DNA from: an uncultured Deferribacteres bacterium
GTDB taxonomy: Bacteria > Zhuqueibacterota > Zhuqueibacteria > Zhuqueibacterales > Geothermadaptataceae
Direction of reading: 5' to 3'
DNA length: 32,351 nucleotides
Assembly: GCA_964014485.1 (NCBI GenBank)
Contig: CAXHAT010000084.1
Coordinates: 1-32,351 of the forward strand
This document shows, piece by piece, positions 1 through 10,000 of this stretch. The stretch's first letter is position 1; the number at the start of each line of letters is the position of its first letter. A program made the position numbers and the translations under genes. The notes beneath the pieces are model-generated. The model did no database searches. It was not told the DNA's origin and saw nothing but the letters and a program-made list of their open reading frames with translations.

Positions 1-1209
1 ACTTTTAACCCCGAACCACAACATTCCCACCTTGACGAGCCCCATTTCGATAAAAATTTCCGTCTTTCAAAAGCGAAGCTGACGATACCCAATCGCGACC
101 AGAAGCGCCTCTTGCGAAAATTGAAAAAAATGACGAATCATTTTATCCCGCCGACATCGATTGATTCATCGTTTTCACTGACCTATGAAGATCAACAATT
201 CAATGTAACCGTCAAGCATGAAGAAGCTGCGAACCCGAGCGCTTTTGATCAGCTCATCGTGGACGTGACCACGGAATCGAACGGCAGACTGCTTGGCACG
301 CAGATGCGAATGCAGCGTTTGGGGTTTTCTCATTTTGCACAATTTGTCGATTATTGGGACCCGCGCGTTGTGGTGCACGACGACCAATTCGACGGGCGGT
401 TCCACACCAACACCGATTTCGCGATCAGCGGCAATGACGGCAAGCACCCTCGTTTTTTGGGAAAAGTGACGACCTCGGGCTACACGATCCACCAACGTTT
501 GCATCCGGCTTTTTTCAAAAAGGACTCGGTGTTTCAGGCTGGTTTGGAAATCGGAACGGCGCCGATCAAATTTCCGAAAAAATTGTATGATCTGGTCGAA
601 AGCGTTGAAAATGACAGTTCCGTTTTCAGATTCGATGAAGAATGCTGGATCGAGTTTGAACGCGACGGCGGATTTTCGTGGCGAAAAAAGTCAGGCGCGG
701 AAGGACGCGTTTCGGCGAACCCGAGTTTGCGATTACTCACCATTGTCAGCCAATCGAAGAACAAGCTGCATGTTTCAGGCACGCTGGCGGGACGAGCTCT
801 TGTCTATAACGTCGGTAAAATCGTGATTTGCGGCGACGTTTTTTACAAAAACTCACCTGAATTTGACCAGGAATCGGACGATTATCTTGGCCTGGTCAGC
901 GAAAACAGCGTGGAAATTGCGCCGCCGAAAGTGACCGGCTCCGGCGATTTGTATATTTACGCCGCGATCATGACGAAGGGCGCTTTCCGCGTCGTCGATT
1001 ACCAGCAACAAGGAAATGCGCAAATGCGTTTGTACGGCAGCTTGACCGCAGGCTCCATCACCGCGACCGAACCGCGCTATGGCACGCGAATCGTCTTTGA
1101 CCGCCGCCTCGAAACCAAGCGCCCGCCCAATTTCCCGATGACCAACCGCTACGAAATGCAGGAGTGGGATGAGAAATGGGAAGTGCTGGAAGACAGCCTG
1201 AATTTCTAA
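1..1209 (+). CDS. 5'-truncated hypothetical protein, PilX-like/DUF4900-type C-terminal region
   Basis: Frame is open from base 1 to TAA at 1207-1209, so the true start lies upstream of the window. Motifs DxFDGRFHTNxDF..P.F.GKVTTS, DYLGLVS..SV.I and LYIYAAI...G.F.V resemble DUF4900/PilX-like proteins (recognised by eye). Confidence 0.55.
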   Translation, partial: TFNPEPQHSHLDEPHFDKNFRLSKAKLTIPNRDQKRLLRKLKKMTNHFIPPTSIDSSFSLTYEDQQFNVTVKHEEAANPSAFDQLIVDVTTESNGRLLGTQMRMQRLGFSHFAQFVDYWDPRVVVHDDQFDGRFHTNTDFAISGNDGKHPRFLGKVTTSGYTIHQRLHPAFFKKDSVFQAGLEIGTAPIKFPKKLYDLVESVENDSSVFRFDEECWIEFERDGGFSWRKKSGAEGRVSANPSLRLLTIVSQSKNKLHVSGTLAGRALVYNVGKIVICGDVFYKNSPEFDQESDDYLGLVSENSVEIAPPKVTGSGDLYIYAAIMTKGAFRVVDYQQQGNAQMRLYGSLTAGSITATEPRYGTRIVFDRRLETKRPPNFPMTNRYEMQEWDEKWEVLEDSLNF

Positions 1210-1282
1210 TAGCCCGCCGATTTATTGCGTCACCCGTAATCGTTTGCAATTCAGTCTCATAGTGAATATGTTTTTCTTTCAC

Positions 1283-1479
1283 TTCACTACCTGACACTTT
1301 TTGTATAGGCTTCTATAACTGGCGAAGAAGGCCGGGATTGTCATGCTGGAAGCATCTTTTTTGATCCGACCCTTGAACTTTTGAGCATGACCTGCACTGG
1401 GCGATAACAAAGATTCCTGCAGAATGACAAAACGAGGCCTTTCGAAAATGCAGTTCACAAAAAAGTGTCAGGTAGAGAG
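1283..1479. mobile_element. MITE-like element, family A copy 1 (contains the 93-bp core at 1338-1430)
   Basis: 16-bp perfect inverted repeat CTACCTGACACTTTTT (1287-1302) / AAAAAGTGTCAGGTAG (1460-1475). Flanked by an 8/9 direct repeat TTCTTTCAC / TTCTTTTAC. Homologous copy at 21283-21485. Confidence 0.85.
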
Positions 1480-1534
1480 TTCTTTTACTAAAAAGACCGC
1501 CCTTTCAAAACTCAAATTGTCTCAATTCCTATTT

Positions 1535-1987
1535 ATGAACATCCATAAAATCATGGCTTCTTGCGCCATATTTTCAATGCTGGCCTGTCAATCGCCGCAA
1601 TCGCAGTCCGGCGTCAAGGACGGACTATTGAAAGTGCGTTATGAAGATGAGAGCGAATTAGAGAGCCTGCGGCAAAGCGGCGCTCAAATTATTGTTAAAG
1701 AAAAAGATTACGTGGTCGTTCGCCTGACGAGCGAAGTCGCTGTGCAGAACATTGTTGGAGAAAAAATCTCCGAAAGCGACTTGGTGCAGCGTCTGGTTTA
1801 CATTGCTTTGAAGGACTCCGGCGACGTACAAAAAATCGTCGATACTGGCCTGGATTTGTGGGAAGTCAAGGGAGATACGGCGATTGCTCGGGCTTTTGAT
1901 CTTTACATTGAAGAACTGCGAAAAGCCGGTTTTTTCGTAAAGGTCGTCGAAGAAAATGCGGGGATGAAAAAAGGGGAGCAAGAATGA
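1535..1987 (+). CDS. Lipoprotein with M14-propeptide-like repeats
   Basis: ATG 1535 gives MNIHKIMASCAIFSMLAC (lipobox LAC). Two related segments: LKVRYEDESELESLRQSGAQII and LVYIALKDSGDVQKIVDTGLDLWEVKGDTAIARA...IEELRKAGFFVKV. ATGA overlap with the next gene. Confidence 0.75.
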   Translation: MNIHKIMASCAIFSMLACQSPQSQSGVKDGLLKVRYEDESELESLRQSGAQIIVKEKDYVVVRLTSEVAVQNIVGEKISESDLVQRLVYIALKDSGDVQKIVDTGLDLWEVKGDTAIARAFDLYIEELRKAGFFVKVVEENAGMKKGEQE

Positions 1988-3012
1988 AAACGAGCTTCCC
2001 CGCGATTTTCAAAAGAATCGGATTTGCCGCAGTCTGCGCTCTGCTTTTGAGTGCGACGCAATGCGTTCCCGGCGGCGGCGGCCCGACTGAACCGGACGCC
2101 GGGCTGTACCACACTTTTGCCGAAACTGAGGCTGCGCTCCGACAACTGGCGCAGGACCATCCGGAAATCGCGCAACTCGCCTCGATTGGGAAATCAGTGG
2201 AAGGACGCGACTTGTGGGCGATAAAAATTAGCGACAATGTCGCAACTGACGAAGCTGAGCCGGTCATTGTCTTTACGGGTGCGCACCATGCCAGGGAGTG
2301 GATTTCCGTTGAAACGCCGTTGATGTTGAGCGATCATTTGGTCAAAAATTATGATTCCGATGCGAACGTCGCCGCGCTGGTTGACGGAGCGGAAATTTGG
2401 ATTGCGCCGATGGTCAATCCCGACGGGCACGTCTATTCCGTTAGCACGAATCGACTCTGGCGCAAGAATCGACGCGACAACGGCGACGGAACGTTCGGCG
2501 TTGACCTGAACCGAAACTACGGTCATAATTGGGGCGGCCCCGGCGCTTCGAGAGACACTTTTTCCGATATTTATCGCGGCCCTTCGGCGTTCTCCGAGCC
2601 GGAAACGCAGGCGATGCGTGATTTTCTGGATCGAGAACAACCGGCGGCGCTGGTTTCTTACCACAACTTCAGCCAACTTGTTCTTTATCCGTGGGGCACG
2701 ACGAGCGATCCGGCGCCGGATGAAGCGCTTCTGCAAAATTTGGCGACGGCCATGGCTGACCGAATCAAGGCTGTTCACGGACAGAATTATACGCCGCAGC
2801 AATCGTCCCAACTCTATCTCGCCAGCGGCGACACGACGGACTGGTTGTACGCGCTGCTTGGCGTTCCCGCTTTTACGATTGAGCTTCGGCCGCGCGGCAG
2901 TTTTCCAGGATTCGAACTACCTGAAGACCAAATCCAACCGACTTTTGAAGAAAATCTTCCCGCCGCCTTGTACTTAATTGGGTGGGCGATTGGACAAACG
3001 ACAACGCTTTGA
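1984..3012 (+). CDS. M14 zinc carboxypeptidase (carboxypeptidase T-like), exported, possibly a lipoprotein
   Basis: HHARE zinc motif, NPDG, RKNR, GVDLNRNY, FSEPET, SYH and FTIELRP (catalytic Glu). N-terminal signal ending ATQC. GGGGAG RBS. Confidence 0.93.
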   Translation: MKTSFPAIFKRIGFAAVCALLLSATQCVPGGGGPTEPDAGLYHTFAETEAALRQLAQDHPEIAQLASIGKSVEGRDLWAIKISDNVATDEAEPVIVFTGAHHAREWISVETPLMLSDHLVKNYDSDANVAALVDGAEIWIAPMVNPDGHVYSVSTNRLWRKNRRDNGDGTFGVDLNRNYGHNWGGPGASRDTFSDIYRGPSAFSEPETQAMRDFLDREQPAALVSYHNFSQLVLYPWGTTSDPAPDEALLQNLATAMADRIKAVHGQNYTPQQSSQLYLASGDTTDWLYALLGVPAFTIELRPRGSFPGFELPEDQIQPTFEENLPAALYLIGWAIGQTTTL

Positions 3013-3019
3013 GCAAGGT

Positions 3020-3604
3020 ATGCAGGGAGAAACGCTAACACAAAAATTCTGCCGATTCTTGCTCCGTTTGCTCGGTTGGAAGGCGGTCGGCAAAACGCCG
3101 GATTTGAATAAATACCTGGTCATCGCCGCTTACCACACTTCGAATTGGGATTTTCTCTATTTCTTGCTCGTGCGCGGCGCTTTGCAGCTTGACGTAAACT
3201 TTTTGGGTAAGCACACGCTTTTTCGCTGGCCGCTGGGCGTATTCATGCGGAAGATCGGCGGCGTTCCGATTGATCGCAGCGCCCCTCGTAATTTTGTCGA
3301 AAATGCAATCGACGCCTTCAAAAATAATCAAAAGCTTGCGCTCTTAATTGCGCCTGAAGGAACGCGCAGCTTCACCAAGTATTGGAAAACCGGATTTTAT
3401 TACATCGCGACGGGAGCTAATGTGCCTATCGTTATGGGTTTTGTGGATTATGCGAAAAAGCGCGGGGGGCTAGGCCCGCTATTCTACCCGACGGGAGATA
3501 TTGAAGCGGATTTTGAAGCTTTCCGAGAATTTTACGCGGACAAAAACGGTAAATTTCCGGAAAAGAACAGCCCGCCGATGTTGCGAAAAGCAAAAGCTGA
3601 TTGA
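3020..3604 (+). CDS. Lysophospholipid/glycerol acyltransferase (PlsC-like)
   Basis: HTSNWD (HX4D) and APEGTR motifs. ATG 3020 lies just after the M14 stop. Confidence 0.9.
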   Translation: MQGETLTQKFCRFLLRLLGWKAVGKTPDLNKYLVIAAYHTSNWDFLYFLLVRGALQLDVNFLGKHTLFRWPLGVFMRKIGGVPIDRSAPRNFVENAIDAFKNNQKLALLIAPEGTRSFTKYWKTGFYYIATGANVPIVMGFVDYAKKRGGLGPLFYPTGDIEADFEAFREFYADKNGKFPEKNSPPMLRKAKAD

Positions 3605-3700
3605 GAATTTTCTAAACAGGATTGTTTCAAAGTTACACGCTAATTTTACATTGATACGAAATTGGCCGCAATTTTTCTGAAAATCAGGCCGTGGAATTTA

Positions 3701-3716
3701 TGGCACGGTAATCGCT
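3701..3716 (+). promoter_or_regulatory. Sigma54 (-24/-12) promoter
   Basis: TGGCACGGTAATCGCT: TGGCAC-N5-TCGCT with exact GG-N10-GC spacing, in an intergenic region. Predicted +1 near 3727. Confidence 0.7.
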
Positions 3717-3726
3717 TAAGCATAGG

Positions 3727-3798
3727 GCAACTCTCTCCTCCTCAAAATGAGCATGACAAGCCCCGACGTTATGGATGACGACGGGGCTTTTCTTTTTT
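3727..3798 (+). ncRNA. Candidate sigma54-dependent small RNA with an anti-SD tract
   Basis: Lies between the sigma54 motif and an intrinsic terminator. Contains CTCTCTCCTCCTC (3731-3743). No complete ORF with an RBS fits inside the predicted transcript. Confidence 0.55.
3758..3798 (+). terminator. Rho-independent terminator
   Basis: AAGCCCCG-a-CGTTA-tgga-TGACG-a-CGGGGCTT followed by TTCTTTTTT. Confidence 0.8.
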
Positions 3799-3873
3799 GC
3801 ACCCGTCCTCGTTCAGCGTTTCGCCATTCACTTGCGACTCTTGCAGCGCAACTCGTCGAATTCCAGGAATTAC

Positions 3874-3914
3874 AAAAAAAAGCAAACCCGCCTGAAATCA
3901 GGAAGGTTTGCTTT
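3874..3914 (-). terminator. Rho-independent terminator for the S8 peptidase gene
   Basis: GCAAACC..CCTGA/TCAGG..GGTTTGC hairpin preceded by A8 on + (U-tract on -), about 145 bp downstream of the S8 stop. Confidence 0.7.
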
Positions 3915-4021
3915 GGTATTGGAGATGAGAAGCTTGATCCAGGCGCCTCAAAGGCGCGCCGCTTTTAACGGCTCATTTATTTCCAATCCGGCCATGGCCT
4001 CTATGTGTGAGGTTACGCTTC

Positions 4022-4049
4022 GTAGAGACGCGATGCATCGCGTCTCTAC
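4022..4049. repeat. GTAG-type REP palindrome
   Basis: Perfect 28-bp palindrome GTAGAGACGCGATGCATCGCGTCTCTAC, 9 bp beyond the S8 stop codon. Confidence 0.85.
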
Positions 4050-4058
4050 AATATGGCC

Positions 4059-7000
4059 TTATTTCAACAACAGCATTTTATTCGTCTGAACGAATTTCTT
4101 CTCGCCGTAAACCGCCTGGATTCGATAGACGTACATGCCGCTGGCGACCGCCGCTCCGGCTGCGTCTCTCGCATTCCATTCAACGCTATAAAAGCCCGCT
4201 TCCTGCGCTTCGTCTTGCACCAGCGTTGCGATTCTTTGTCCTACCGTGTTGTAAATCTCCAACTTTACTTGCGCAAACTCAGCCAGTTGGTAGCGAATGG
4301 TCGTTGTTGGGTTGAAGGGGTTCGGATAATTGGCTTCAAGCCCAAATTCAGCGGGGAGCGCTGAGACCACAATTTCGTTACCTGCGACCTCAACTTGGGC
4401 GGAAGCGAGCGACATTTTTTCGCCTTGAAGCGTATAAACGCGCTCGTTATCTCTAACCGAAGTTCTGAAGCTTGCGGTCGCTTCCACGATTCGAAGCTCT
4501 GAGGCAACCCCGGCTTGCGCTGACTTTTTCGTGCGTAAATCAATTTCTAACAAGACGCCGTTTTTCGAAAGTCCCTTTTCTGACTTGGCGAAACCGCCGA
4601 AGCGCAAGAGGCTCAAACTCTCTTCTTGATCATTTAAGACGTCTTCAAAGCGATGAATCCGGTGTGCAAGCTGAAAATCTTCTGGCGTTGCGCCAACCCA
4701 ACGAACATCAGCGATTTCGAACGTCGCATCGTCGAATTCAACATCGCCGCCAAAGGCGTAGACGCCGTTTTCGAGCACGTCTCCGGAAACAACGACTTGA
4801 ACCGCCGTCAATCCTGAGTTCGCGACGCTCGCTTTCTCGATGTGCATCAATAAATCTGGTTGGCCGTGTGCAATTGGCGAGACGTTTTTGGCTAGAGACT
4901 CAGACTCCTCGACCGGAACCCAGCTTAAATTCGCATCGCCGAGCACGACGGCGAGAAAATCCTGGTCTTTCTTGCGAGACCTGAGATTTGGATAAAGATT
5001 GCCAACCGGCGTCATTTTCCAGGAGTCCGCCGTCTCGTTAATGTCAAAAGCTGCGGGGTAAGCCCGCCACTCGAACGGTTCGAAAGCGCCAACCAGGCCC
5101 AGAAAACGGTCAAATATTGCCGTCGCGTCCGCCAAGTTGAGCTCTCTGTTTTGATCAACGTCCGAGGCCAGCTTTTGCCCGCCGGAAAGCGTTTCCGGAT
5201 TTTGCGTGCCAAGAAAAGCGACCAGTGCGTCGGTCGGGTTTACTGCAAAACCGCGTCCGCCGCTCACACGGCGCAGTTCGAGGGTGTAGTCTTTGCGAGC
5301 TTCAATATTTTCAAGCGAGTACGCTCCTTTAGAATCGGTCTTCAATTCACCGACGCTTTCATCGCCTGACTTGAGCAAAACGTCCAGGCCCTGAACGGGC
5401 TTTGATTCGCTTGGGCTGCCGTCCGTCCTGCTGTAATGAACCACGCCGCCAATTGACAGCTCATTAAAAACCGTGGCTTTGCCGTCAATGCCGATGGTCA
5501 CCAATGAGCGCGCCGTAGGGTCGGCGGAAGACAATTCATTGTATTCAAAGGTTGCCATGTCGCCGGTTTGCGCACCTTGGCTAATCGAAAAATGGAGCGT
5601 AGCGAGAACGCCGGAATCGGACACGGGATCAACGCCGAATCCGCTCAGAGCCATTCTCAAGCTATCGCTGCTCACAGGATTAACTTCAAAAGTTTGATCT
5701 GTCAGAATGTCGCCCTTGGTAAACCCCACATAACTCAGCAAGCCGCCGGTAATTTTCATGGCGGCGCCCAGGACTGCAACGCTCAACGTGGAATCATTAA
5801 TCGTGAGGTAAACAGGAACGTCCAGTTGGTCGCCGACGAGGCCTTCTATGTCGTCCGGCGTCGAGATAATGACTTCTGTTTGTGCGACTTTGAGAAACAC
5901 CGGAATTCTAACGTCCGAAGTGACCGGATCATTTGAAGAGACGTTTATCACAGCTTCGTAATCGCCTTCTTCAAGCGCTGAAGCGTCCGCGGTGACCAGA
6001 ATTTCCGCAGATTCTCCGGCGGGCACAACGCCCTGATTCGGCGACTCAGTCAACCAGCCGCCGGAAGCGACGGCAAGCCCGAACGGCCCGTCTGTTTCCG
6101 GAACGGAAGTTTCAGCGATCACTTCGAATTCGTTCCCTTCCAAATCGACGCGAGCAATGTAGTCTCTGACGTTGTCCGCCCAATAGACATGCCCTCTGTT
6201 GCTTTCAATCGCGAGTGCGAGGGGATTGTCGTCCGCGCCAAGCTGTTTGACCAGGGTCGCGTTCTTGGTCTCAGTGTCAAACGATTTAAGTGCATTATTG
6301 AAGCTGTCTACAAAGTACACTCTGTTTGACTCGGGATCATAGCCTATTCCGCGCGGCCCGTTAAGCCCGGTTTCTATACATATTTCAACTTCGGAGCCGT
6401 CCAGGTTCGCTCTGCTGACGCGATCGACGTTTTGTTCCGTCCAGTATATTTTTCCATGAACCAGATCCAGCGCGATTCCCCAAGGGCTGGAAATAACGTC
6501 CGGCTTTTCATTGGCAACGCTCGGTTTTTCCGCGGCCGTCACTCCGGCGGGATCATTCGACAACCCGTTCGCACCGTTGATGATTACTTCTTCATTGCTG
6601 CCGTCCAGATTCGCACGACTAATAACATTTGCTGAGAAATCCGCCCAATAAAGTTTTTGATTCACAGGGTCGATGGCAACGTCCACCGGCGTAAACAAAC
6701 CGTCGACGACTGTGACAAGATCGCCGCCGTCCATGGCGCTTGACTTGATTGCGCCTTCATCCGGACTGGCCCAGTAAATACGCCGACCGATTTCGTCAAT
6801 TGCAATGCCAAGAAACGTATTCGGCGTAACCAGAATAGAGCTAACCGTGCTTCCGTCAAGGTCGCTGCAATTGAGCGTATCTTGTACGCTCGTGTTGACG
6901 CCCCAGAAGACTGCATGATTGGCGATCTGTGCGTTTACGCTTTGCTCTTCATCACCCACGCTGAAAACAAGGTCGCTGCCTCCGTTGTTTGCGATTGTAA

Positions 7001-10000
7001 GCGCAGCAAAAGTTGAGTCGCCGGGCTTGGCGAAGAGGTTAATCTCAGCCGGAGAAACGTCGATGATCGGCGGGCTAACCGCTTCGCCGCTTAACGGAAG
7101 CTCAAATTGGGGTTGATCGGGATCGTCGCTGAAAAACGTCAAGTTTGCTGAATATTCGCCTGCATTTATTGGCGCAAACGTTACCTCGCCTTTTCCCGCA
7201 TCACCGGGAGCAAGCGTTGTGTCGGAAAATTGAAAGCTAAAAACCGCGTTGTTGGAGGTGATTTCTGAAATGTTTAGAGTATCCGTTCCGGCGTTCTCAA
7301 CTTCAAAAGGCAACGTCTCTGAAAATCCGACAAACACTTCCCCAAAGTTGAGTTCGCTCGGCGCTACGCCGATATCAGGAGCGTTTTCGACGGTGAGCAA
7401 GGCTCTGACAATTGCCTGCGGCGTATCGGGATCATTACTTTCGACGATGACGTCTGCTTGGTAAACGTCGCCGAACAGCCCGGCGGCGTCGAAAGTGACT
7501 TCAATGTTTTCCATCCCGTTGGCCGGTACCGTGCCTTCATTCGGCGTCACCGAGATGAACGGAAGATTCGCGTTCGTAATCAAAACGTCGTCAAAAAACC
7601 ACCCCGGGAACAGGTTGCCAATACCGTCTTGGGTGTCAAAATAGAAGCGTACTTGAATCGTCTCGCCCGTGAATTCGGAAATATCCAGACTGGTCATAAT
7701 CCAGCCGCCGCTGTTGCCGCTGGGCGCTTCGCTAATGTCGCCGCGTAAAGGAATCCAGCTCGTCCCGCCGTCGGTGGAAATGTCAACCATGCAGCGGTCA
7801 AATCCGGTTTCCGTGTTATAGTTTTCAAAAAATTGCAAAGTGATTGGAGCGAGGGCGCCGGAAAGACTGATCTCAGGACTGACCGCTGCAGCGCTGATTC
7901 GAGAACCGGTGCTATAATTTCCGGTCGCTTCGTCTGCACACCACCAACTGGTTTCCGGGCTATTGAAAGAAGAGTTGGTTGGATGCCAAAGTGCGTCCGT
8001 CGTGTTATTGTAAAGTTCAATCGTCCAGCCCTGATCTTCTCCTTCAAAATCATCATAAAAAACCGTCGCTTCAGCACCGGCGTTGGCTAACACGCTTCGC
8101 AGCAAAGGCGTCGCTTTCGACGGTCCCATTTGTACTGGGGCGATGTTTTGCAACTGCCTGACGCCGTCGCGTCGCGTCTTTTGAGAAGGCGTCGGCAAAA
8201 CCTGCACGTGCAAATTGTCGCCTTGCGCCGCGACCAATCTTACAGAGGCTTGTTCGTCAAAATCCGGGATGACAAAATCCAGCGTGCCTTCGCCGACGTT
8301 TGCAATTTCAAACATATCGAAGGCTTTTTCCCCGGTGAATAACATCGCTTCAAGCGTGTCGGGTTCGACCGCAATTTGAGGCGCGCCTAACGTTGAGCCG
8401 TCCACGACGTTTGAAATATCCGAACCGTTACCTTGTTCGTCAAAAACGCGTATTGCGAAAAAATAAGGGGTGCTAAAGTCGAGTCCAGTGACTTTAAATT
8501 CTTCCACCGTTCCTGCCTCTTGCGGACTCGGCGGATTTGCGGCCTTAGACGCTTCATCAAAGTTTCCTTCAAAAATCGGCTGCGTCGAAAAACGCACGTC
8601 GTAGGATTTCGCCGTACCGTCGGAAGTGTCATCGCCTGACGCCGTCCACGAAAGAACCATCGTATTTGAACCTGGGGAAACGATCTGCAGGTCAGAAATT
8701 GCATCTGGCGGAATGCTGTCTTGTTCAACGGCCATTAGCGCATTGTAGGCGTTAATTCTGCCTCCAGTGACCGTGATCCCGTCCAGGGCCGGCAGCGGAT
8801 CAACCGAAGACATGATCGCTTCCTTGACTTCTCCCGGAGCAAGATTCGGCACATAGGACAAGAGCAAGCTTGCAAGTCCGGCGACATGCGGCGAGGCCAT
8901 CGAAGTGCCGCTGATCACGCCGTAGGAGTTGTTTGGGAAAGTGCTCAAAATGCTCGATCCCGGCGCGCCAACGTCGACGGAGGTTAAACCGAAGTTGGAA
9001 AAGCCCGACCGGTTGTCGTTATGATCGGTTGAAGCGACTGAAATGATGTTGTCGAGAGCGTAATTGGAAGGATAATGCGGGAAGTTGTCGTTGTCCGTGC
9101 CGTCGTTTCCGGCTGCGGCAATAAACAACATGCCGGCGTCGCCGGAAGCCTGAATCACGTCGAGAAGCGCTTGTTCGAATGGCCCGCCGCCCCAACTATT
9201 GTTGGTTAGATGCGCGCCCATTGCGGTCGCATACTCGACGGCGGCGATGGCGTCAGACGTCGAGCCGGAACCGGAAGCGTTTAAAAACTTGAGCGCCATG
9301 ATTCGCGCTGACCAATTCACGCCCGCGCCGCCGACGCCGTTGTTGCCAACCGCCGCAGCCGTTCCCGCGACGTGCGTGCCGTGGCCGTTGTCGTCGAAAG
9401 GATTGTTGTCGTTGTTGGCGAAGTCCCAACCGTGAACATCGTCGATAAATCCGTTGTCGTCATCGTCAATGCCGTTGTTGGGGATTTCGCCGGGATTCGT
9501 CCACATGTTCGCGGCCAAATCTTCATGCTCCCAATCCACTCCGGAATCAATGACGCCGATAATCACTTCACTGCCGCCGGTCGTAATGTTCCAGGCTTCC
9601 GGTGCATCAATGTCTGCGTCTTCCGTGCCGCCGGTCTGGCCAGTGTTGTGCAAACCGTAATATTCGGGAAATCGCGGATCTTCAGGGAAAGTCTGTGAAT
9701 CAGCGGCCGCATTTTCAAACGGGCCGATAGCGCGGACGATGTAGTCAGGGTGGGCGTATTCAACAGACGGGTCGTTCTGCAGCAGGGAAATGGCGCGCGC
9801 GGTTGTTGTGTTTGAAATTTCAATCACCTCAGCGCCGATCAGTTTAAATTTTTTCACCGATCTTGCATTGAAAGCTGAGAGCGTGGCGTTAATTGTATTT
9901 TCAGCGGCGCTTGGCTTAAACTTGATGATCAAGCGGCCTTCGATGTAATCCGGTTCGGGGCGTTGCTGTGCAAATACAAATTGGGTGAGAAAAAAAGAAA

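Noticed and set aside
1424..1534. Track start at 1424 for the lipoprotein gene
   Set aside because: This ATG lies in the repeat core end (ATGACAA) and would bury the signal peptide. ATG 1535 gives a normal lipoprotein signal.
3994..4059. ATGGCCT direct repeat around the GTAG palindrome as a target-site duplication
   Set aside because: Only 7 bp, asymmetric about the palindrome, and not seen at the other GTAG repeats.
3747..4089. Track ORFs 3747-3968 and 3775-4089
   Set aside because: They lack an RBS, run through terminator hairpins (the longer one also through the REP palindrome), and show no recognisable protein features.
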